Assembly (NCBI RefSeq): GCF_006345805.1
Contig: NC_043001.1
Coordinates: 29,388,001 to 29,452,000, forward strand
Source of the DNA: Octopus sinensis
Taxonomy: Eukaryota
Length of the DNA: 64,000 nucleotides
Reading direction: 5' to 3'
In this document: positions 1 to 11,423 of the stretch, one piece after another
How the letters are laid out: every line of letters starts with the position of its first letter
How positions within the stretch are numbered: position 1 is the stretch's first letter
Position numbers and translations under genes: made by a program
Notes under the pieces: generated by a model
What the model was told of the DNA's origin: nothing
Databases searched by the model: none
What the model saw: only the letters and a program-made list of their open reading frames with translations

Positions 1-866
1 GTGTGTGAGCATTGTGTACGTGTGTATGTATTTACATGTGTATTTGTTTTTTATATTATATATGTGTGTGTGCTGTGTGTGTATATGCATGGTATGTGTG
101 TATATGCATGGTATGTGTGTATATGTGAGTACATTGTTTGTGTGTGTGTGCGGTATGTAGAGATATATTTGAGTGTGTACGCTATAGGTTTGTATTTTGT
201 GTGTGTGGGTGTGTGTGTGAATTTTATATATATATGTGTGTGTATGTGTGTGAAAAAATATATGTATGTGCATGTATGTATGTATGTATATGTATATATA
301 TATATATATGTGTATATATATATATGTGTGTGTGTATGTGTGTGTGTGTATATATATTTTCATATATATGTGTGTATAAACATGTGCATTATTTGCATGC
401 GCATTGTGTATATGTATATTGTATGTATGTGTACTGTATATGTATGTGTACAATTAAGTGTATATATTGTGTGTATGTGTGCATTGTATATGTATATTGT
501 AAGTGGCTATATATACATGAATACATGTATATACGTTGCGTGTATATATATGTATGCATTGTGTATGTATGCTATGTGTGTGTGTGTCTATATATATTAT
601 ATGTATGCGTACGTGTATGTGTATGCATTGTATGTATGTATATTGTGTGTATATGTGGTATATCTATGTATGTGTATGTTAACACTATTTATATGTATAT
701 ATGTATATATGTATATGCATTGTCTATATATATATTATATGTATGTATTGCGTATGTATATTGCATACATATATTGTGTATGTGTATTATATACATGCTG
801 TGTATGTGTATTGTATGTGTATATATATGCTAGGTGTATTTGTGTGATATTTATATTATGTATATA

Positions 867-907
<41 letters not shown>

Positions 908-1092
908 TATATATGTGTGTATATTATATATAAATACATGTTATATTTGTGTGCTGTGTGTATATATTATATATGTGGGTGCGTTGTGTGTGTGTGTGTT
1001 CTGTGTGTGTGTGTTGTGTGTATGTGGTGTGTGTGTGTATACTATGTGTGTGTGTGTGTATTGTTGTTGTGTGTGTGTGTATATATGTGTGT
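1..1092. repeat. Degenerate (TA/TG)n low-complexity tract
   Basis: Nearly continuous alternating purine-pyrimidine dinucleotides; explains the long C/V/Y/I/M ORFs. Confidence 0.95.
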
Positions 1093-1914
1093 GACAAACA
1101 GACGCTGTCTGACCAGCAGGCACACGGACACATCTATTCACACCCGCATACTCACCTCCCAATAACCCCAAAATCACTGATGCTTGAAGGGAAGTATAAA
1201 CAAACTGGGTACATATCTTTTTTCTCTCAATCCAACTTTTCTGCTAAAACAAACAGGTCAGTAAAAAACAAATTCTCGCCTTCGATTCAAAATATTCTGA
1301 GATGTCTAAAATATCCATTTTAATTTTCTCTGTCAATATTACAAGCTTTCTCACCAAACTATTACACTTCCTTATGTCTTTAACATGTCCTTTCTACCAA
1401 AGACTGTATATATATACATGTAATGTGACAATTGGCGACAACCAATAATTAACGCAACCAAATTTCCAATAATATATTGTATTATTCTTTTCTGCCAATT
1501 TTTCCAAATATTCTCATCATACTATTGAACTTTTTTATACTATGTTTATACATGTAATGTGACAATTATGTATAAAAAAACATTTTTGAATTCATAATAT
1601 TCAATGTGACAATTATGTAAAAAACTTTTTTTGAACCCATAATATTCAAAGTTTCTTTTGACAATCTTTTACCAAAGAGTGAAACCGGTTAAGTAAATAA
1701 ACATAGTTTAAATTGCATTTTCAAACCTTTTTTCATATATAATCCCACTCGTGCGATACCCCACAACTCAACTTTTTTATATATACATATATATATTATA
1801 TATACATATATATATATATATATAAATATACTATATATATATATCTATACATATATATCATAACATACATATATTATTATATATACATATATATACATAT
1901 ACATAATATATATA

Positions 1915-1946
<32 letters not shown>

Positions 1947-1976
1947 TATGCACACACACATACACATACATACATA

Positions 1977-2770
1977 TACAGGGTGGTAAAATATTTGAGG
2001 ACAGATTTATGTTTATAAAAAACAGATATACAATAACAGATAACTTTATCAAAAAATATTATGAGGATAAAAATAAACCTTCTTTTCTATAACGTTATTT
2101 AATAAAGCCACCTTCAGCTTCAGCAATTGCTTCTATATGAGATCTAAATCATCTACATGCTTGAATCAAGTGGTTCTGGTTCATTTTGAATATTACTCTG
2201 ACTATGGCAACTTTCAAAGAATCTTTGGTGTTATGGGCATGTTCATTGACCTTTCTCAACAACGCACCACATGTAAAACTCCAATGGATCTGGGGAATTA
2301 AGAGGCCAAATGTTAGAGGTTATGTGATCATGAAAATTTTCAGCCATCCATTCCTGTGTTATTGGAGCCATGTGTGATAGTGCAGAGTCTTACTGAAACA
2401 CATATGGCCTTCCATTGCATACACTGTCTGTCCAGGGCTTAACAATTATTTCCAGGATCTCAGTGTAGGTGGCAGAGTTAGCTCTAAAGGCTTTGTGGAA
2501 AGAAGTAAGAAGACATCACATGGCCTTCATTGTTGGGAACCCCTAAAACATGACAGTTGCAGGAAATTTTGTATGCACAACACTTGGAACTTCAGAAGGG
2601 TTTGCGCATAACCATCTGTCATTTCTTGGTCTGCAATATCTGCAGATTTATATGTTTATCAAGAGCTGGGTTTCATAGTCACCAGTAGAATCACAATTGT
2701 TAAGTATAAATTTTATCTGAGTGCACACTGTTCTTAATGGTCCTCAGTCACAAGTGGACAATCTTCATGT
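1977..2770 (-). mobile_element. Decayed Tc1/mariner-superfamily transposase relic (maT/DD37D-like)
   Basis: Minus-strand translation across stops gives RWLCANPSEVPSVVHTKFPATV..., WPLNSPD and C-terminal AC(R*)FRSHIEAIAEAEGGFIK*; terminus TA-CAGGGTGG at 1977. Confidence 0.75.
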
Positions 2771-2941
2771 AGATATATGTATGTATGTACACACATATAT
2801 ACATATGTATTCATGCATGCATGTATGTATGTATAATGTATGTATGTATGTATGTATGTATTTGTATATGTATGTATGTATGCATGTATGCATACATGCA
2901 TACATGTATGTATTTATGTATGTATGTATGTATGTATGTTC

Positions 2942-3247
2942 AGAGACTCCCTTTGGTCATGAATGATCATGGGATTGCACCTAGAAAGTTACCCTCCAAG
3001 GCACAAGTCCGGGCAAGGTTGTTTATGGAAGGCCAGCAGTTGCCCATGCGTACCATCCTCTCCTCTTCACACCACTGATGTTCTCCAAGGGAAAGGCAAA
3101 GGCTGATGCAGCTTGGCACCAGTGATGTCGCAACTCATTTCTACAGCTGAGTGAACTGGAGCAACATGAAATAAAGTATCTTGCTCAAGAACACAACATG
3201 CAGCCTAGTCTGGGATTCAAACTCATAACCTGACGGTCGTAAGTTCG
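2942..3247 (-). mobile_element. tRNA-derived SINE (family D) inside an (ATGT)n microsatellite
   Basis: Reverse complement of the copies at 7725, 21330 and 50452 (tgttgtgttcttgagcaag...gttcactcagctgtagaaatgag). Confidence 0.8.
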
Positions 3248-3666
3248 ATGTATGTATGTATTTGTATATGTATGTATATGTATGTATGTATGTATGCATG
3301 TATGCATACATGCATATATGTATGTATTTATGTATGTATGTATGTATATGTATGTATGTATATATGTGTGTGTATATCTTTTTTTCTTTTATGTGATTCA
3401 GACTAAAAGCTGTAGCCATGCTGAGAAACCGCCAACATCATGGCCTTTTCTATAGCTATTCCAATGTAGTTGGCTTTTGGTGAAAGAAGGAGTTTGATAT
3501 TACTGCCCTTCTTTGAATTTCTTAAAGCAAAATAATAAACTTAACAAATCTGAAAGAGAGAGAAAAAATGTATGTATGTATGTGTGTGTGTGTGTGAGAG
3601 AGATTAAAAGTTGTCAATGCTCTTAAGCAAAAAAATGAAACAGTAATGAAGAGACTTTATACTTAC

Positions 3667-3824
3667 AGTAATTGACATAACAAATGTATTTACTCCAGCT
3701 GTAGAGTCAAGAAGTCCAAAGTATATGCCATTATGGTAATATCGGTTAGCTACAAACTCAGGGTTGTGTTCATTGACATTAGTTACTCTTACTGTCACAG
3801 ATGAAGTTGGATATGTCTGGAATG
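3667..3824 (-). CDS. Cadherin exon 30 (158 nt, phase 1-0)
   Basis: ttgcag|CA...ACT|gtaagt; [52 protein letters not shown]. Confidence 0.88.
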
Positions 3825-6800
3825 CTGCAAGACAATGATTTGGCTATTACTGGTTATTCTTGAAGAATTTCTATTTTTTGTTAAATGTCCAAATATCTGA
3901 GTTTACAATTATTTCCCTTTTTGTCACTGATTAAAATGATATGTCTAATGACTAAAGTAAGCATTGTAATGATGTTTATAGCTAACGAAACAGTTGTTGA
4001 GCATAATTAAATTATGAACTATTTGTGAGGATACATTCTGATACCACTGCAGCCACTCATGTAAAATGTAAGGCAGCCAATGGAAATTGCAGCTGTGATA
4101 CCAGTGCCAGTGGCACGTAAGAGAACCATCCGAACGTGGCCGTTGCCAGCACTGGCCCGACTGGCCTCGTGCCGGTGGCACGTAAAAAGCACCATCCGTT
4201 CGTGGCCGTTGAAATTGGTTGAAATTGCCGAAATTGAAGAAAATATCTTACAAATATCTTATAAACTATAGAATTTTCTCAAGAAAGCCAAGAGAAAAAG
4301 ATGTTTTATAAACACATTCTACCAATATACGAAGTTTAAAACTTTTTAGTTACATGGAAATTATTTTAAAATCTGCCGTTCAAACCGAAAAAATCCGTCA
4401 TTTCTCCTGTCAATAAGCTGTCGGCTACCTTCATGCCTTGAATGACATGTGAAATAAGAGATTCCTTACTTGATAAAGCAGAAAGCCTGAACATATAACA
4501 CAAAGCATTATAACTATTACCTTAATGGTTTTGCCAATTATTTCTACAGAATAAGTAACAAATGTTATAAGAAATTGGTAACAAAATACAGTATGGTAAA
4601 AGACATACCTAACAGTCTCCGCGTAGTTGATTGGTAAACGATAATCTTTAGATCGTAGATAGACTTTCTAGCTTCATAGTCAATTCCTTTCAATAAACTG
4701 AGATCACATGAAGCTGAATTTGTGTTATATTTCACAGAGAAGAGCCCTGCAAAACAGTAAAGTAAATCATTGAGTAAAGTTAATTATTTAATAGAAGGAA
4801 ATGAAAAAAAAAAAAAAAGAAAAAATATAAAATTCAAAAGGCAATAAACATATTCCATTTATACTTTACTAATTAGTCAATGGAGAGTTTCTACAAAATT
4901 ACAGTTGTTAGAAACAGCAGCTCTCAAGTCACTTAAAAACACAAATTCCATCTTAAATATAAATACATTTAATTCTTTTTTGGAATAGTGAAAGTTGAAC
5001 CAGATGAAGCTATAAATATTAGCATGTAAATATGGGGTTAAAAATTTTTGGGGTTTTCTATTCAAAGGGATTTTAACCCAAGGTTTATATGCCATTATTT
5101 ATAGTTTCATCTACTTTGGGCTTCACCATTCCAAAAAAAAAAAAAAAAAATTTAGAATCCTGCTTCCTGTACTAAAGGCATGCTTGGTGAGAATTTAATA
5201 GGATCAAAGAGTAATATTTGGTATAAATAGAGGATGAATAATTGGTTAGATATCAACCACAAGAAGGGCAACAATGAATTACTGAAGGAAAGAGTGATTT
5301 TACCTCAACTTTGAAGAACTGATATTGAAATTCTTTCTCAGATCAATTAAGCAACAAGATATGTTCATCGCTTAAAAATGAAGTCATTTTAATGGCTACA
5401 TCTAACAAAATTATGTATTTTAGCTATTAGATTGAAATCAACAAGAATTTAGAAAAAAGCCTAGGTCTATTATAGAGAATTCTTTCTAAATACAATTGGG
5501 CATATACTATTAGTTGTTAGGTGCTGGTATGGCTGTATAGTTAAAGAAGTTCACTTTCCAAACACAAGGTTTCAGATTCAATCTCACTGTATGGTACCTT
5601 GGGAAAGTGTCTTCTACTATAGCCTGGAGCTGATCAAAGACTTCTGAATGGATTTGGGAGATGGAAATTGAAAGAAACCTGTTTTTTCTGAGATTTTGTC
5701 TTGGCATTAAGCAATAGTTGTAAGCTAGCATTGTTATCACTCAAGTAGTGTCCTTTACCTCAAATGTTCCACTAAAGCATGTCCGAGCATGGAGAAATGT
5801 TACCTTATATAGAAACAGGTGAGAATTGTGAAAGGAAGATCATTTAACCATAGAAAATCTGCCACAAAAAATTCCATCTAACCCATGAAAGCATGGAAAA
5901 GTAGACGCTAAACTGATAATGATAATGATGATGATGGTAATTCAATCTTCAGCAGTTAGAAGTTAATTGTATATAACAACTACCAGCTATTAGGCTTTTA
6001 CGAGAGAGTACCAGATAAATTAGGGGAGAATTCACAAAAAAACAAAAGATGAAGACAGGTGGTGTAGACAACAAACAGATGTACGTATTAGTTTAACACT
6101 CGGGAAGTGAAAAAGTTTTTAACGTTTCGAGCCTATGCTCTTACACAGAAAGGAACACAGAAAGAAACAAGGAAAGAATATAATGTGTAGTGTCTAGTGA
6201 TTCATCATGGCTAAATTAGTATTTTTTCTTTACCTTCATCTCCACTCTGTATTTGACAAATGATACTGTTTGCAGACATTGCATTTTCCACTTTCATGGT
6301 CAGGATGATCTCATTTTGTGCAGTGTTCTCAGGAATAGTTACACTAAAATAAAACAAACAGGAAATATTCATTAAATATACATTAAAGGCGGTGCTCCAG
6401 CATGGCCGCAGTCAAATGACTGAAACAAGTAAAAGAGTAAAGAGTATAAAGAAAGATGAGTGATATTCTGCTGAATTGCAGTAACTTAATAAATTAATAA
6501 CTGTAATTATCTTTTTAAAACAGTTCTCATTGTGTTAACTTTTGACTATTTCACTGCAGTGTTTTTGCATATTTTAAACATTTACAGGGTTTTGAGTTCA
6601 GTTCCAATGTGCAGCACCTTAAAGCATTGTCTTTTACTATAGCTTCAGATTTACCAACGATCTGTGAATGAATTTTGCTGATGTGTGTGTCTCTGATGGA
6701 AATTGTATGGAAACCCATCTTCTATGCATACTTGCATGCATGTGAGTGTGTATTCACACATACATCTTTGTGTTTTTTTCTCTTAGCACTTGACAACTGG

Positions 6801-9382
6801 TATTTGTTTACATCCACAAATCTCAGCAATAAGTGACCAACTAAATAAGTACCAGTCTTAATAGCAAGCACAGAGGTCAAAAATGATTGACTCAAAAATA
6901 TTAACTCAGCATGGTTGTAGCCATCTTAAATTTATATAAAAATAAAATAAATTTATGAACTATCTCGCCCTGTTGCCAGCCTCGCCCCATTGCCAGCCTC
7001 GCCCCGTTGCCAGCCTCGCCCCGTTGCAAGCCTTGCCCCATTGCCAGCCTTGCCCCATTGCCAGCCTTGCTCCGTTGCAAGCCTCCCCCCATTGCAAGCC
7101 TCCCCCCGTTGCAAGCCTCGCCCCGTTGCCAGCCTTGCCCCGTTGCCAGCCTCGCCTGGCACCTGTACCGGTGGCACGTAAAATGCACCCACTACACTCA
7201 CGGAGTGGTTGGCATTAGGCAGGGCATCCAGCTGTAGAAACACTGCCAGATCAGACTGGAGCCTGGTGCAGCCTTCTGGCTTCCCAGATCCCGGTCGAAC
7301 CATCCAACCCATGCTAGCATGGAGAATGGACGTTAAACGATGACGACGTGTCAATTATAATGGCTTATAAATTTATTTCATTAACATGAACTTATGACTA
7401 CAATGGTTTTGTTAATTTCTCATTGCTATAGGAGCTAACGCCTTGATTTTTTTTACAAGTTCCTACAGGGCTTCAGCCACTCCAGTTATGAAAACCTTAT
7501 GTTGTAAATAGCAAATCGTTTGCCTTATTGTACCATAAATGTTCTACTGCATCGAACTTTCATATTTCTTTTCCTCTCAGATTTAATGACCTTCAGTTCT
7601 CCTTTTTAGGATTTATCTAACTTCACTTACACAAATTCTTCTGCAAAAACTATGGCAAATTAAGGAATTCTTTAGTTCAATACGTCTTCAATTCTTTTAT
7701 AAGTTAGACATGTTTTCCTCGAAGCTGCATGGTTCAGTGGTTAGAGTGTCAGGCTCACAATCATGAAGTAGTGAGTTTGATTCCTGGACCAAGCCATGTG
7801 TTGTGTTCTTGAGCAAGATACTTTATTTCATGTTGCTCCAGCTCACTCATTTGTAAAACAAGTTGCGATGTCACTAATACCAAGCTGTATTGGCCTTTGC
7901 CCTTCCCTTGGATAACATCAGCAGCATGGAGAGAGAGGGGAGGCTGTTATGCATGAGTGACTGTTGGTCTTCCATAAACAACCTTGCCCTGACTTGTACC
8001 TCAGAGGAGAATTTTCTAGGTGCAAGCCCATGGTCAGTCTGATAAAGTGGAGAGTTACTCCTCACCGTTGTTCTGCTTTTATAATATTTTACCAGTAATA
8101 CACATGTCATAATGCAGTGTTAGAGTAGAATTATGTTTTACCTCAAGCTCACACATGTTAATAAGTGTAGGTCTCCAGTTATGTTGTGACTAATTTCTTA
8201 CCCCAAGAATAGATTTATGTAGAATATTTTGTGTCTTTATTGGAGTGAATCTCATCAAAAATCAAATTCAATGACTGGCGTCCGTGTTAGTGGGGTGCAA
8301 AGAGCACCATGCGAGTGTGATCATTGACAGAGCGGCTAACCAGCTTCCGTGCCAGTGGCACTTAAAAGGCACCATTCGAGTGTGATTGTTACTAGTGTCA
8401 CCTTACTGGCACTCGAGCTCTGTGCTAGTAGGGTATTAAGAATACCATCCAAGCATGATCGTTGCCAGAGCGGCTATCTGGCCTCCGTGCCGGTGGCATG
8501 TAAAAGACACCATTCGAGCATGATCGTTACCAGCATTGCCTTACGGGTACCTGTGCCGGTGGCACATGTAAAAGATTCGAGTGAGGTCGTTGCCAGTACC
8601 GCCTGACTGGCCCCGTAAAAGCACCCACTACACTCTCAGAGTGGCTGGCATTAGGAAGGGCATCCAGCTGTAGAAACTCTGCCAGATCAAGATTGAAGCC
8701 TGGTGCAGCCATCTGGTTTGCCAGTCCTCAATCAAATCGTCCAACCCATGCTAGCATGGAAAGCGGACGTTAAACGATGATGATGATGATGATGATGTTG
8801 TAAGTACTGTGATTTTATGGTAGAGCATAAGAATATTAACCAAGACTGATTAGTTCAATTCTACTACAAGAGTATGTATGGAAAAGTAAAACATCTCATA
8901 CTGAAATTGATAAAAACTGAAAAGACCCGTATAGATCAATGCTTTCTGATAATCCAATATTGTATTTAAAATTACAGTATTGATAATTACAGTATTGATA
9001 ATTACAGTAGAAAGTATTGTATAAAGTTCATAAAAATTACATATTCAAAGTTGAAAAGTGCTGACAACATAGACAACTTACAAATAGGTTGGCTGTACAA
9101 AACCCAGTTGCCGGTCAGGTAATATCGCTTGGGTGACATTTATGGAAATGCTTGCTTCTGCTGTTTTTGGATTCCAGCCGCTGTCTTTAGCAATTACCTT
9201 GAACTGAAAAGATCAGATGCATTTAAATAATTAAATAACTTGTTGAAGAAAGATGATAATTGAAATAACTTTTAACCTTTAAATATATTTAACTAGTTGA
9301 AATGACTTGATGAAGAAAGATAATAATTGACATCATTTTCTTCAATGTACATGCACATGGGACATACATACTAAACACATGG

Positions 9383-9414
<32 letters not shown>

Positions 9415-9659
9415 ACACAGATACAAATGTAAACACATGATATAAGTTTTTACCTTAGAACAATACTATAAATTAGTAAGGTAAGTGTCATGAATGATTA
9501 AAGAGTTCTAATTCATAACTGGAACATATTTCATTGATACAAGAGAAGGAAAAGGTAAGTTAACTCTTGTGGGATTTTCACCCTGAACATAAAATGGTAA
9601 AAACTAAACACTTTAAGGTATTAGTTTAGTCTTGCATTATTTTGGCCACAAGAATTTTA

Positions 9660-9694
<35 letters not shown>

Positions 9695-9789
9695 GAATGA
9701 GATAGTAGTGCATGCCATCAAAGTGACACTGGGATAAAATATACGAAGCCCAGTATACCCATCATGACTACCTGTCTCATAAGGTACAC

Positions 9790-9828
<39 letters not shown>

Positions 9829-10399
9829 GTTCAAATTCTGCCAAGGTCAACTTTGCCTTTCATCCTTTTGGGATCGATAAATTAAGTACCAGTGAAAAAC
9901 TGTGGTCAATGTAATTGACTAGTTCCCTCGCCCAAAATTGCAGGCCTTGTACCTTTAGCAGAAAGGATTATGATTATTGTTATTATTATTATTATCATTT
10001 ATTGTCTTTGCACAGCTTCTAACGCTGGAGATGTACTATGATGCAAGCTGTTCATTATCAGTGAACTAAGGCAACACCCCTTATTTTTCAAGCATCCAGA
10101 GTATTTGAGCAGTTCCAAGCTGTGCTATTTTCTGCAAGTGCTCCACCCTTATTGCAGCCTCTGTTTGTTCCATGTACTTCTCAAGATTTTTACTCACTCT
10201 TCCCAGGGCTCCATTAATTATTGGTACTACTACTACCTTTTTCATCGACCACAACTGCTTAACCTCCCAAGCTAACCTGTCATACCTATCGACTTTTCTT
10301 TCTTCCTTATCACATACCTTGTTGTCAGCTGGGCATGCTATATCTATGATCCAGCATTGTTTGCTTTCTGAGAGCCACTGTCTGGTACTGCATCAGGGC

Positions 10400-10444
<45 letters not shown>

Positions 10445-10690
10445 CTGAGAGACTCTGAGATAGTTCTTGATTTCCGGTGTTCTTTACTTGAAAGCAGGCA
10501 ATAACAAATAACCAAAGGTTTCAAGTAGTGCCTTCTCCTGTGACTCAAAGGAACAATACTCTCCTTAGAATGCGAGCTGTACCCAACAATGTTGTCTTCT
10601 GGATCACTTCAAGCCTGATAGCAGCTCCAATATTCTTAATATGTTTTTCAAAGCTCTTGGAAACTGCTCCCAATGATCTAATTACCAGAA

Positions 10691-10747
<57 letters not shown>

Positions 10748-11307
10748 TTTGAGTGAGAGAGTAGTGCATGCCATCAAAGTGACACTGAGGTAAAATATAT
10801 GAAGCCTAGTATACCCATCATGACTACCCGTCTGACAAGGGTACACCAGGCACATGCGTCACAACAATATGTACACAACATGGTGATTGCATATCAAGAT
10901 AAACAGCACATGACCTTGCAGGTAGGGCCCAGTTAGAATTTTCTTCTGGTCAAGTAACCCATCCTGCACAAAAGGTCCCTAAATAAGAGTTGTTTAAGGA
11001 TGTAGAATGAAACACCCATGTTTCCAGAGGTGAATTATTAAAACCCCAAAGAATCCCTCTCAACTCATGTTTGTGATGCTCCCCCACTACTGCTCGTGAT
11101 CAGAGATGCACATATCGTCAGCCTCTAAGGGACATGGTCAACTGGTTAAGGTCAAACAACTGACAAGCAAATCTGTGGTATTGAGCAGAATATTTGCTGT
11201 AGCCCATCTTTTATACCAAGACAAAACAATGTACATGATAACACTTCCAATCAGGTAAGATCAGCAGCCACGAGAGCCACTGCCTGGTACTGCGTCAGGG
11301 CTACTAC

Positions 11308-11339
<32 letters not shown>

Positions 11340-11357
11340 GTAGTAGTAGTAGTAGTG

Positions 11358-11423
<66 letters not shown>

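Noticed and set aside
1-1165. Long ORFs (310, 231 aa and others) rich in C/V/Y/I/M
   Set aside because: Translations of a stop-poor (TA/TG)n tract. The same applies to ORFs at 2721-3455, 36398-37104 and 56226-56510.
3825-3870. Upstream acceptors for exon 30
   Set aside because: The ttcaag acceptor introduces an immediate TAA and the aaccag acceptor changes frame; only ttgcag at 3825 gives the cadherin frame.
8970-9010. 3x 15-bp repeat ttacagtattgataa as a regulatory array
   Set aside because: Short local slippage duplication with no supporting evidence of function.
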